DNA of 64,000 nt from Octopus sinensis (lineage: Eukaryota), in the NCBI RefSeq assembly GCF_006345805.1, contig NC_042998.1, positions 11,718,001-11,782,000 of the forward strand. The letters are read 5' to 3'. Below are positions 14,228 through 27,548 of the stretch, one piece after another. Made by a program: the position numbers and the translations under genes. Numbering within the stretch: the first letter of the stretch is position 1; every line of letters begins with the position of its first letter. The notes below the pieces were generated by a model. It worked only from the letters and a program-made list of their open reading frames with translations. It had not been told where the DNA came from and ran no database searches.

Positions 14228-14616
14228 GTGGAGGCGCAATGGCCCAGTGGTTAGGGCAGCGGACTCGCGGTCATAGAATCGCGGTTTCGATTCCCAGACC
14301 GGGCGTTTGTGAGTGTTTATTGAGTGAAAACACCTGAAGCTTCACGAAACTCCGGCAGGGGATGGTGGTGATCCCTGCTGTACTCTTTCACCACAACTTT
14401 CTCTCAGTCTTACTTCCCGTTTCTGTTGTACCTGTATTTCAAAGGGCCGGCCTTGTCACTCTCTGTGTCACGCTGAATATCCCCGAGAACTACGTTAAGG
14501 GTACACGTGTCTGTGGAGTGCTCAGCCACTTACACGTTAATTTCACGAGCAGGCTGTTCCGTTGATTCGGATCAACCGGAACCCTCATCGTCGTAACCGA
14601 CGGAGTGCTTCCTACC
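14228..14616 (+). mobile_element. SINE family A inserted in the PHD-finger coding remnant
   Basis: TSD TAGTGTGCTGCGAG at 14213-14226 and 14617-14630. Confidence 0.93.
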
Positions 14617-14876
14617 TAGTGTGCTGCGAGCCTTTTTCCAACAGCAAAGGAAGGGAAGTGTGACTTCAATGCTCTGATTGTAAAGGTTGGGTTCACGAGG
14701 CATGCACACCAGGTCTGACAATATTCAGATGCCCAAATTGCGACTCTGATGATGATATGTAATGAAACCGTTATAAAAGCCCTTGATCAAACCAACAAGC
14801 TTATATCATGTGTTTCTGTCCACTAACATGTATGTTCCAAGAAAATGCATTCATGTGTCAACATACCCCGTTATAT

Positions 14877-15281
14877 ACTCTCTTTTACTTGTTTCAGTCA
14901 TTTGACTGCGGCCATGCTGGAGCACCGCCTTTAATCGAGCAACTCGACCCCGGGACTTATTCTTTGTAAGCCCAGTACTTATTCTATCGGTCTATTTTGC
15001 CGAACCGCTAAGTGACGGGGACGTAAACACACCAGCATCGGTTGTCAAGCAATGCTAGGGGGCCAAACACAGACACACAAACATATACACACACACTTAT
15101 ATATATATACATATATACGACAGGATTCTTTCAGTTTCCGTCTACCAAATCCACTCACAAGGCATTGGTCGGCCCGGGGCTATAGCAGAAGACACTTGCC
15201 CAAGATGCCACGCAGTGGGACTGAACCCGGAACCATGTGGTTGGTTAGCAAGCTACATACCACACAGCCACTCCTGCGCCT
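14877..15281 (-). mobile_element. tRNA-derived SINE family B, full length
   Basis: Minus-strand head GGCGCAGGAGTGGCTGTGTGG...GGTTCAGTCCC, CORE-like ttgggcaagtg, internal CA/TA tract, tail CAGTCAAATGACTGAAACAAGTAAAAGAG. Confidence 0.9.
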
Positions 15282-16417
15282 ATGTGTCAACTTGCCCCGG
15301 TATCGAGGCAAGTAGACACATTTAAGAGGTCTTAGAAAATGCACAAAATATAAACCCAGACAATAAGTAGATGAAATCTCTAGCTTCGTAAGTCTTCTGC
15401 TATGGTTGATTTATTCGTGTAATACAAGATGCAGTACAATACATTAAATAGTATTGCTCTGTCAGTGAAAATGTAAAAAATATAGTCAACTAATCCTGGT
15501 CTCCCCTACTCTCTAAATTTGACTGCCTGAAAATTTATCGATTTTCATTCTTTATTTCTTTTTATAGACACAATGTGGATATTTTTGGATATTTTTAGAA
15601 AATAATGTAGATCGTCTAAAATTATTAAAATATGCCAGCTGATAATATTTGCCGTTTAGAATATTTGATAATGGAATTCTGATTTAGGAAAGCATTTAAT
15701 ATTGGTTTGAAAATGTTTGAACAATTGGTGATAATAAACAAAGTGCAGTAATGAAATTTCTGAAACGAAATACATTCGTGTACACACACACACACACGCA
15801 CAATTATAATTAAGGGCATAGAACAAATTTAGCCCATACAATGAAAGTAGGCGCTTAATCGTCCAGCCACTTTAAAAGTCATCGCAAAGTTACACACGTG
15901 TTGAAATCGAGGGAGAAAGCTAATGGAAAATTCATAACAATATAGAGAGCTCTGGATTGATCAATTTCTGGATTTTCCAAATGGATTTTCCTCGTCAGCA
16001 GAGAACACTTAAGAACGAGGTATTTATACATACCTACAGGAAAGCAAACGCAAAACCATAACTACATATAAAAATCAAAGATATATCCAACATAGAACTT
16101 CGTAGCTTACCTCAGCACATGTGTATCACGTCATAGTAGCACATAAGTGACTATACTGTCCCACAGTGAATAGAAATCTTACAATTATAATAATCAAGCG
16201 TCTATTTTCAGCATATAGACTAGAATTTTTTCTAAGCCCCTATATAATTATATATAATTTCACCTTAATTGGTCTATTTTCATATACTGGCCACTGGTAA
16301 ATTAAAAAAAAATCCTTGATTATTATAATTAAAATACACACACACACGCACACAAATATATATACATACATACACACATATATATACATACACAGATACA
16401 TACATATGTATACATAG

Positions 16418-16458
<41 letters not shown>

Positions 16459-16480
16459 TATATTTATACGTATATATATG

Positions 16481-16520
<40 letters not shown>

Positions 16521-16559
16521 TGTATGTATGTATGTTTATATGTATATACGCAAGAATAG

Positions 16560-17150
16560 AAGAGGTCTTAACTAAAATAGAAGAGCACATCAGTGTACTT
16601 CTTCATACGAGACTTCAACCGGCCCAATGCGAAATGGCTTGAAGGCCTTTTCCTTCCACGAATGATGCAATGTGAGCAAAGTCAGGTGGAATATATGCTC
16701 AACCTCACCAACAACTTATATATGGAGCAGATAGTACTCCAACTAATCAGAGCAAGCAATATACTTAATCCCTGCTTCACAAACAATGTGGATCTCATCC
16801 ATCATGTGAAAGAGACACCGACGCTAATCTCGGATCACAACATTGTAGAGCTGATCATGTATGGATCAAAGGAAACCACAGACATGCAGCCTGTGAGAAG
16901 CACCAAACACCTATCCAGTCTGAACTACCACAAAGCAGACTGGAAACCAATTAAGAAAGGGATCACCAAACAGGACTGGTCTCAATCTGTTTCTGCATCT
17001 GACAGACATGAAATTGAAAACTTTCATGTCTGTAATGCAAGCCATATGCTAAAAGTTTTGTCTCAGAGAGAAGGACAAATGCACATAATAACAAGATTCC
17101 CACGGAAAGGAAAGTTCTTACGAGACAGCGTACAAAGATTGCAAATAAAT
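16560..17150 (+). mobile_element. CR1-clade LINE APE endonuclease fragment, degenerate
   Basis: RDFNRPNAKW...MEQIV...RASNILNPCFTN...ISDHNIVE...LNYHKADW. Confidence 0.8.
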
Positions 17151-17198
17151 AAATAAAAGAATACATATATATATTATATGTGTATATTGTATATATAT

Positions 17199-17504
17199 CA
17201 CCACCGTGATCGACCAGGTTATCAGATGTTGCTACACACCGCTGGTCAAAATGCGCTTCGCATTGTTTTAGCCTTCAAATTAAGCTACCCCGCTGGCTAA
17301 GCGAGCAGGCCAACAGAAGAAAGAGTGAGAGAAAGTTGTGGCGAAAGAGTACAGCAGGGATCGCCACCACCCCACTGCCGGAGCGTCGTGGAGCTTTAGG
17401 TGTTTTCGCTCAATAAACACTCTCAACGCCCGGTCTGGGAATTGAAACCACGATTCTACAACCGCAAGTCCGCTGCCCTAACCACTGGACCATTGCGCCT
17501 CCAC
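17199..17504 (-). mobile_element. SINE family A, A2 variant
   Basis: Same body as 5518-5828; TSD ATATTGTATATATAT at 17184-17198 and 17505-17519. Confidence 0.9.
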
Positions 17505-17584
17505 ATATTGTATATATATATATATTATATATATATATATAATATATATGTATGTATATATGTATGTGTGTTCATCTATATCTA

Positions 17585-17634
<50 letters not shown>

Positions 17635-17635
17635 C

Positions 17636-17667
<32 letters not shown>

Positions 17668-17727
17668 ATATCTATCTATCTATCTAAATATATTATATAT
17701 ATATATATATATATATACATATATAGG

Positions 17728-17876
17728 ACGGGCTTCTTTCAGTTTCCGTCTACCAAATCCACTCACAAGGCTTTGGTCGGCCTGAGCCTATAGTAGAAGG
17801 TGCCACGCAGTGGGACTGAACCTGGAACCATGTGGTTAGTGAGCAAGCTACTTACCACACAGCCACTCCTACGCCT
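17728..17876 (-). mobile_element. SINE family B, 5' half
   Basis: Matches 15115-15281. Confidence 0.85.
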
Positions 17877-19639
17877 ATGTATGTATGTATATATATATAC
17901 ACAAATATATTAATGATGTAAGAACTTGAAAGAAAAGTGGTTACACTTTTATAAGGATAGTTAAAGGAATAGAATACTCTATTGTTATGTTCGTGAGATT
18001 AATAGTCTAACTGCAATGTCATATTCCAAACACACATATACACCCATAAGTGACTGACGATGCTTCCTTCTCGAACCTATCTTTGCCAAATTTCTACATG
18101 CTTATGTACCACCCATACTGAGGCATGGATGGTACCATTCATCGTTATAGCGAGATTTGAACGTCCGTACCTCCAAGGTTGGACAACGTGTTTATAACTA
18201 GAAGCCATTATACAAAATTAATGCTCGCATAATTTATCTCTTACTCAAGTTTACATTGACATTTTTACGAGTAATATACTAGTATATATATATGTGTGTG
18301 TGTGTAAGTGTGTATGTGTGTGTGTGTACTTGCGTGCATGTGTGTATTTGTGAGTATGTAGAGGGAGAGAGTGAGAGAGGGATATTTCATTTGGTTGCCA
18401 AAACATTAATTTTAACAAAAATATTTTATGGCATTCATGTGTCGATACAAATGATCAATTATATACTATTGTATACAATAGTACGATGGGGCGTATACGG
18501 TAGTAAAAGCAGCAGGTGGAGGAACAAGTTTCATACAACCGTTTAAATCAAATATAAAGCTAAACAAATAATCAAAAAGATATTCTTACACGACTAAGTC
18601 AGCTTCCTGATGTGGCTGATATTACAAAACAAACTAAAATAGAATGAAAAAGCATATTTACCGTGGAAACAAAGAAGTATGTGATGAATGAAAATAAAAA
18701 TAAGAGATGGATCTCTATTATTTCCGCAGTAGTTTTGAATATTTCGAATATTTCAGTTTAGCTATTATTTTTAATCATATGATAAAGTTTTATAAACGAG
18801 AGCATAGTTGTACTTGCGCATACATTATGTCAATAAAGAGGTTCTGCGTGGCTAGTAAAGATACCACTGAAATGTTTTACGATCTTCAAGAAGGAAGAGC
18901 TTGTTGAAATAAGTTAAAAGATACTAAATATACTGGATATTTGCAGACGCTTTTGAGCAATCGTTTTGTCAATTTTATATGATCTAGTTCTAAATAACAA
19001 CGGCCATATCTTATAGACCTAGTTTTACAAACCTAACTTATATAGTTAAACGCCGAGTACATATTTGTTACCTTAACAAAATACTAGACATTTTAAATGA
19101 GCAGGGAGATCGGTGCCCAAACTCGATTGAATCGACTTTTATTCAACCCTAGAAGTATAAAAGATAAAGCCAAAAATTGAAATAAGAAGGAAAACAGAAG
19201 TAAATACTCATGTTGGAAAGAGAAAACGTTATTGCAAGAACTGATACTGATTTAAGTAGTGTAGCAGGTAAGGGAAACGACTCGAGGTAAGTTTTGTTAT
19301 TATTTAACCTTCCCGGTGACTTATAGATTTCATATAATTTACCATAAATATATTTCTATGTTACTTTCATTGAGGAGTGCAGTGCAACTCATAGAATTAT
19401 AATTATCATGTTATTATCATTCTTTAGCCCTATGCTAGTCCTGGTTGATCAGTATTTTATCGAAGGTATTAACCATAACAATCCTATATTTCAACTGCAG
19501 TGCATTTAGTATCACATGAACCGATTTGGCCTCTTTCATTAAAGATAGTAGGGTTGGAGTTTAGGGATAATCTCTCGCTATTTCAAATTGGTGGGTACAC
19601 TACTTAGAATTTCCCGAAAATTTGAATGCGAGTTGGATG

Positions 19640-20010
19640 GTAGAACTGATAAAAACCTGCTAAAAATGTTATGCACAACATAGATAACTCTGTATCAAAG
19701 AACGCATGTTATATAGCCGAAAAGAAGGTATCTGCAACTGACCAAAAGCCAGCCTATTAAGTGGAAACTGACTAAAATGATGAAGTCTATAAAACAATAT
19801 TATTGCAAGAAGGACAGATGGGAAAATCTGCATTTGTGCAATCACCAGAACTTTCAATAACACAACATACACACCAATAAACTCGTTCAGAATTAACAGA
19901 AGGAATACATGTCAGGGATTTAAAGGAAAATAACATCAAGTCAGACATAAAGTACGAAATAATAGACCATATAGTACCTTATGATCCATGTGCCTTACAG
20001 AAAAAAATAC
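19640..20010 (+). mobile_element. Penelope-like retroelement C-terminal zinc motif plus GIY-YIG endonuclease relic
   Basis: Across frameshifts: CN*PKASLLSGN*L (CNC..CPLxGxCL), VYKT, GKICICAITRTF (KIYIG..TF), DLKENNIKSDIKYEIIDHIVPYDP. Confidence 0.65.
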
Positions 20011-21115
20011 ATATTCGCATAAGGTGTCTACTTGCAAAACCGTAGAAATGAGAGCATACATTGATGATACTAAATAAATTCATCTTCAAAAAAGTCACCT
20101 GAATTCCATGTAGGGTAGTCAAGCAAGGGTGTCGCAACAACGGTTATGGGTAGCGAAAAAGCGCAAGGCCAATGCCAGCAGAATAGTAGAAATACCACGT
20201 TCCACCAAATCGATATGCATAGGGAGCAAACAGCAATCACGAATTGCATTGAATTGCATTAACTAGTAGGCGTATAACACGCGTGAAAATGTACTTATAA
20301 ACAATTAGAAGACCTGTGCACTAAAGAACCAATGCAAACTATGTATGCAATCCATTACACACACATAAATATATGTAAGTACTAGTATATATTCATTGTC
20401 AAAATTGCGTTTATAACCATTAAGCAAAAGAAAAAAAAATCACTCGACGAGAGACACTCAAATTATCTCTTTTAGCCAAAAACAGGTTACATGATCAGCG
20501 AACTGAAAAAAAAAATCTTTCCAATAAACATCTCAAAAAACTAGTCATCAACTGGAACACAATGAATTTTATAAACAGGAAATATGCGCAATCAACCGAA
20601 TGTAAGAAAAAAAAAACAAACTAATTTTATTGGAAAACAAGAGAATGCAAAACTCTCGACAAAACGAAGAAAAAAATCTAAAAGCGGCAATTAATAGTCC
20701 CTGAGAAATACGTTTATAGAAACACAACAATAAATGGCATAAAAAGAATAATATTCAAGTTTACCAGTAAAATGGAAATATCCTTAAAACAACTCTAACA
20801 AAGAAAACGTAACCAAACAACTTAATAAAACTGTTCAGTGAAATAAACAGCCACAGAGAACACCTTAACACAAACAATATGACAAAAAGAATACCAGTAG
20901 GAATACTCGTAAACAAAAGAACAATCTGACATAGAAAAATGAAAGATATAAAAGAACAAGAATACTGAGTAATTCCATTTCTCTTCTGGCGACTGCTGTG
21001 ATTTGAAACTCAATTCATGAAATTGTACTCTCTTTTTATTCGTTAACATACAGTGACTTTCATAAACACACATATGCAAAATGGTGACTCTCCGAAGTGA
21101 ACAGTCCCTATTCAT

Positions 21116-21328
21116 ATTGGTTTCCAATTTTAGTACAAGACGAGCAAGATCGAAGCAATGGCTAAGTCGATGACATCCACCCCAGTGCTCAGCTGCTATT
21201 TTAGCGAATCCGAAAGGATGAAAGGCAAAGTCGACCTCAGTGGAACTTGAACTCAGAACGTAAAGAAGAACGAAATGCTACTGAGCATTACGGCTGGAAG
21301 GCTAATGATTCTGCCAGCTCACCGCCAT
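21116..21328 (-). mobile_element. SINE family C (C2), diverged
   Basis: gaaaggatgaaaggcaaagtcgacctc and ttctgccagctc landmarks. Confidence 0.8.
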
Positions 21329-21704
21329 GTGAGACTTAATATGGGTTTCAAATTTTGGCACAATGCTAGTCATTCCAGGGAACATTGTTTCGGCTCCACA
21401 GACTGTATTTGAATTCTTTATTCAGTGCACATTTAGTACGTCAGCTAAAGAAGTCTATTAAAAAGCATTTATTATAGCTCCTCTAACGAAACTAGTCCAT
21501 ATGCACCCCCCCACACACACACGCACACACACACACTCGCGCGCACGCACCACGCACGCACTCACACACACATATACAGACGCACACGTCTTGTAACGCA
21601 CAGTTACTCTACCTTTAAAGCGAAAAGATTATATTATATTCAATATTGTTGTAATAGAATCTGAACCACGTAAAATTGTGTAAAGTGAATATTTATAAAA
21701 AAAA

Positions 21705-21905
21705 TGTGGGTTAAAAAGGCAACCAATAGTTTCAAGTGAAATTATCTTCACAATTGTTCAAGCGGATGTGTTTGTACTCGTCTCCATTTTGTATGGGCGT
21801 ATTCTCATAAAAAATGAAGACGAGAACCAACACTTTCATGTGGCATATTTGAACAATTGTGATGATCTCTTCGCATGAAACCATTGGTTGCCTTTTTAAC
21901 CCACA
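21705..21905. mobile_element. MITE-like 200-bp fold-back element
   Basis: 30-bp inverted repeats TGTGGGTTAAAAAGGCAACCAAT(A/G)GTTTCA; the interior is also largely self-complementary. Confidence 0.75.
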
Positions 21906-22091
21906 AATAAAGAATATTTATCCATCAATGCAGTGTTGAGCATTTATTATCACTGCTCAACATTAGCGTATACATGCAAATATATATATACATATACATA
22001 TACATATATATATATATATGCGTGTGTGTATGAGTGTGTATATATATGTGTGTGTTGTGTGTGTATATGTGTACGTATATGCATGCATATA

Positions 22092-22930
22092 CAGGGGTTG
22101 GACAAAATAATGGAAACACCTAGCATCATAGTATCATAATTTTGAAATATCTATAAAACCGCCAAAAGCTTCTTTATTTTTATGTTTTTTGATTTATTAT
22201 AAGTGTTGCTTAATAAGTTTTGCTAAAATCCGTGTTAATTTTCAGATATAATCAGAAAAAGGTAATTAAAATTCATTAAAATGACAGATCTATCGAACTT
22301 TCAAAGAGATCAAATTGCTGGTGTTCGTATCGCAGGCATTAGCGTAACGAAAACAGCCGAAATGTCTGGTGTATCAAGAATTGCTGTCTCGAAAGTAATG
22401 ACAGACTTTGAGAAAGAGGGAAAAACCTCCTTGTCGAAGCAAAACTCCGGAAGAAAAACCAAAACTTTCAGATAGAGACCGTTGGACTCTTGCAATGGTT
22501 TCTCTTCATGGCAGAATTAATAGTCAAGAGTATTTAAGCATTTTATCTGATCAAATTCATCCTATGTATATAGAACTGTTTCCGGAAGGGAACGCAATCT
22601 TTTAGGATGACAATGCACCAATTCACACAGCTAAAGTTATTACTGAATGGCACGAGGAAAATTCTAGTGAAGTTGAACATCTTTTCTGGCCACCACAGTC
22701 CCAAGATCTCAATATTATTGAACATTTATGGTGTACTTTCGAAAAATAGGTAAGGAGTCGATATCTTCCACCATCATCACTACAAGAACCGGAGACTGTT
22801 TTAGCTGAAGAATGGACAAAAATTCGTTTGGAAACAATTTAAACCTCGTACGAGTCCATTCCTCGTAGAATTCAAGCTGTAATGATTGTCTAAGGTGGTC
22901 CTATCCTTTATTAAAAGAAATTTGTCTAAC

Positions 22931-22932
<2 letters not shown>
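22092..22932 (+). mobile_element. Internally deleted Tc1-type transposon with D36E catalytic spacing
   Basis: TA then TIR CAGGGGTTGGACAAAAT; eroded right TIR tttgtctaaccc; HTH N-terminus from ATG 22281; DDNAPIH...WPPQSQDLNIIEHLW. Confidence 0.9.
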
Positions 22933-23019
<87 letters not shown>

Positions 23020-24403
23020 TATATATTATATATATATATATATATAGTATGTATATATATATATCATATATTGATGTATATACATATATATTGATGCATA
23101 CAAACGCATACATGCACATATATATGTACACGTATGTTGTACATCTTCAGTGGCCTCCATAGGTCTTACAACTCGATGGAATTTTCTTCGTGTTCTTTAA
23201 CCACTTTTCCTTTCAAACATCTCATTTCTACGCCCCTGTTTTGCGGGTATATTACATACTATTACTCTATAGGAATTTTCGAAAGGAGCTGTCCTTAACG
23301 TTGCACCCTCGGTTGAAATCTAAACCACCGTGTGTATTTTTTGCCTTCAAATATTGTCTTTTTAACACTCGAAACCGATTTTGATAGTTTTCTGATTTTC
23401 TTACGGTAGAGTTCATAACATGTCTCCCCCATAAACAGTTTGAGATTTTGCTCTGTCGAGTGCGTTGAACGTACGTCCCCTTTGTCCACTTCACTATATT
23501 CCAAATAAGGTCGATCTGCTGGATGCGATCCAAACTAAAGCTAGACATATCTACATATACAGGCACACATATAAACACATATAATACATGCATATGTATA
23601 TGCACACACACACACATACACACACGTATATATACGCTCGCTCGCACTCCCTCTCTTTTTCTCTCTCTCACACTCATACACACAGTCGAGTGTATGTGAG
23701 TGTGTCTATATGTGATGTGTGTGTGTGTGTGTGTGTTGAAACTCATATAGATCTGAATATACCAATTTTCTGCTGACTAAAATATATATACCATAAGCCC
23801 ACTTGGAATTGATTTTATATATGTATATATATATAATATATATATATATATATGTCAGAAGATATATTCTGGCTTGTTGAAGTGGAACCTTGTTCTCTAT
23901 ATATAATTATAGATTGATCTTTCTGGATAAGATTGCATCTAATTGTCTAATGTCTACAGTGTGTAGTTATCGTCGATGTAGTCCAGGACATTGTATGCAT
24001 TTATTTATAGAACCAGGAAGGATAAAATGCTAAGTTTAACCTAGTACTATAAGGGATTTCACAATTTGTGCAGTTAATTCGTCTCACCATATATAGAACT
24101 AACTTATCAATTTGTTGTTGCAAAATGATTCTTAAAAATGTTTTCTCTTTAGTAAATACTTTGAATGAATAAGATCTCGTTTGTTGACATGAATTATATC
24201 AGATATCAAAGCGATGGGTTGATAGAATCGTTAGAGCGTCGGAAAAAAATTCTTTGGGTTATTCAGACACTGTTATTTACGTTCTGAGTTCAAATGAAGA
24301 TTAAATGAAATTAGCCTTTCTTTGTTCGTATGTCTATATGCAATATAGCGCAGAGATAGGTACCCACTTGGCCTTCTCTACATTTAACCTAGGTTGTAGC
24401 AGC

Positions 24404-24460
<57 letters not shown>

Positions 24461-25075
24461 GGGGGGTTGACTGCGGCAGTCGGCTGATACTCATTATAGC
24501 TGAGTAGATCGGAGTATCAGGAAATGAAATACTTTGCTCAAGGACATAGCCGTCATTACAGCCATTTACATCGCTTATGTTGGGCGATTTTTTGTCATTA
24601 TGGTCGATTTGATGAACTGTACCAGCTCCCAAATTTGACATTGTGCAAAGGTTAGAAACGAATAATCGCAAATGTGTTTGCATTCATTCATTGTTCTTAT
24701 GTTGGGTGATTTATTGCCACTAAGTTCAGCCTTCAGCTCTGTATACTATTTACGTTGTGTATTACATTATATTACAGCGCAGAGTTAAGCCCTTCTTTGA
24801 TTTAGAGCTTGATGTACAAAGTTTGTGCTTCTGCAAAATGACTTGTTCAGGAAGACGGCATGCACAAGATGAAGCTTTTAGTGGTACTTCTTAGACTAAA
24901 CATAATTTTTACTGACTAGAGTTTTTAGTGGTTCTTCTAAGACTAGATATATCATAGGAATATAGAAAATCAAAGTTACTTTCTCCTTCAGATTCACAAT
25001 TTCATAAAATTGTAGAGAGTGAATAAGGCTATGCTAAGCTACATAAATCTCGTTATTTAACTTTATCACTAGAAA

Positions 25076-25700
25076 TATTGCTTTCAAATTTTGGCACAAG
25101 GCTAGCAATTTTGGGAGACCGAGTAAGCCGATTACTTCGACCCCAAAACTCAACTTATACTTATGTGATCGATCCCAAAAGGATAAACAGTAAAGTCGAA
25201 CTCGGTGGAATTTGAACACGCTGCCTTAAATTTGACTTATGTTTATAATGCTAAAGGCAGCGAGCTGGCAGAATCGTTAGCACGGGCAAAATGCTTAGCG
25301 TCATTTTGTGAGTCTTTACGTCCTGTGTTCAAATTCCGCCGAGGTCGACTTTACCTTTCATCCTTTCGGGTTCGATAAAATAAGTACCAGCTGAGCACTA
25401 GGGTAGTTGTAATCAACCTATCCCTTTCTCGAAATTGCGGGCCTTATGCCAAATTTCGAAACTAACATTGGTGGTGGTAAAGGCAGCGAGCGGACAGAAT
25501 CGTTAGCCCACCGGGGAAAATGCTTTGCGGCATTTCGTTTGTCCGTCTTTATTTATGAGTTCAAATTCCGCCGAGGTCGACTTTGTCTTTGATCCTTTCG
25601 GGATCGATAAAATACGTACCAGATGAACACTAGGGTTGATGTAATCGACTTAACCCCCCCCTGAACTTGCTGGCCTTGTGCCAAAATTCGAAACCTATAT
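25076..25700. mobile_element. Cluster of three SINE C2 copies (25076-25227 minus; 25254-25468 plus; 25480-25700 plus)
   Basis: Shared head, gcctttcatcctttcggg core and C2 tail. Confidence 0.82.
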
Positions 25701-25796
25701 TAGTTGTAATCGTAGTTCAAGTTGTAATGGAAAGCAGTGCTTCAGTTCAGCTCAGAGCGTAGCGTAAAGCCAAAACACGATTTATTTATAAAAACA

Positions 25797-26047
25797 CATA
25801 CATACATACATACGTACGTACGTACGTACGTACATACATACGTACATACATACATACATACATACATACATACATACATACATACATACATACATACATA
25901 CATACATACATACATACATACATACATACATACATACATACATACATACATACATACATACATACATACATACATACATACATACATACATACATACATA
26001 CATACATACATACATACATACATACATACATACATACATACATACAT
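25797..26047. repeat. (TACA)n microsatellite
   Basis: Direct reading. Confidence 0.98.
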
Positions 26048-27161
26048 AGGTATAAGGACTTCCGCAGAGTTTCCTCTCTACGAAATTCTCTCACGTTGGA
26101 GCGGCGTTGCAGTAGAATACTCGTGGCTACCAAGCGAGCTTCTTAACCATGCAGCCAGTTGGAAAAGCTTACAGATGATATGTCTATAGAGAAAGCGGGG
26201 AAAACTAGTGACAGTGACGGTGATTATGAATATTAACAAAAGGACCGGCAGAAAATACCTCAGATCATGTACCTGCATGACAGGTTTTTGATTAATTTTC
26301 TGAGATTAATTTTCAAATTCTTTAGATTATCTCGCTAATGATTACTGCTAGCTTTTAATTTTCTCTCTCCAAAACATAGAAATTTTCAATTAATTAAAAA
26401 ATTTTTGGGGCGAGTCATGCAGAACATCATCTTTTATCATATTTATCTAAATTCATGCTATAGACCCACTTGGCTTATTTACCTTGGTTGATTTTATTTT
26501 ATATTTTTAGTGTTATTTTTAAAGAACTATTCAACTGAAGTCGCGTAATATTTTCGTTTATGAAATTATATTTTTTGTAAAATGATATTCTTTATAAAAT
26601 CATGTTCGTTTTCATTCAGCAAGAGAATATATCTAAAAGAAGTCTGCTCCATCGAGATGGCACGAAAAGAATAAAAGAAAAGGAAAAAAATAAGAATAAA
26701 AACACGTTAAAGAAAGATATCAATTTAAAATTAAATGAATGCTACAGTAATTATTTAAATATAAAAAATAAAGAAAAAACGAGTAAAACTGTTGAAAATT
26801 AAATATTATTTTCCATTATTCGACTCCAATATCTCTAATGATCAGTTGCCTAATTAACTTACTGTGTTGCGACTTCTAATTATCAAAATTAAAACTAAAG
26901 ACAAAAAAAAAAAAAAAGAATACTGCTAGGTTAGCGATATATTGCTAGACAATATGAACAACAATAGAAATCTGACGATGTTCCTCCCGCTTACAATGTT
27001 TACAAAAGAAAATGGGATGGGTATTAATCTATTACCATAGCAACAAACCAAACATTTTATATAGTGGAATTAGCATATTGAAATAAATTGTCTTGTCATC
27101 TTGATGTATGGTCATGGCCGTGTTGAATCAAGATACTGTTACAATCTCCGTGCTACGATAT

Positions 27162-27548
27162 GGATGGAAGCACTCCGTCGGTTACGACGACGAGGGTTCC
27201 GGTTGATCCGAATCAACGGAACAGCCTGCTCGTGAAATTAACGTGTAAGTGGCTGAGCACTCCACAGACACGTGTACCCTTAACGTAGTTCTCGGGGATA
27301 TTCAGCGTGACACAGAGAGTGACAAGGCCGGCCCTTTGAAATACAGGTACAACAGAAACAGGTAGTAAGAGTGAGAGAAAGTTGTGGTGAAAGAGTACAG
27401 CAGGGATCACCACCATCCCTGCCGGAACCTCGTGGAGCTTTAGGTGTTTTCGCTCAATAAACACTCACAACGCCCGGTCTGGGAATTGAAACCGCGATCC
27501 TACGACCGCGAGTCCGCTGCCCTAACCACTGGGCCATTGCGCCTCCAC
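27162..27548 (-). mobile_element. SINE family A
   Basis: TSD GCTACGATAT at 27152-27161 and 27549-27558. Confidence 0.93.

Larger units (their letters stand above)
13973..15506 (+). mobile_element. Internally deleted pogo/Tc1-mariner-superfamily DNA transposon carrying two nested SINEs
   Basis: Imperfect TIRs GGGGAGACCgGagcaAGTTGACTA and its inverse at 15483-15506; TA on both flanks; subterminal GGGGCAAGTTGACACA-type repeats; C-terminal PHD-finger remnant. Confidence 0.8.

Noticed and set aside
14228-14300. tRNA-like sequence (A and B boxes, TCG near the loop)
   Set aside because: It is a SINE head continuing into a SINE body with a TSD; no proper acceptor stem, so not a tRNA gene.
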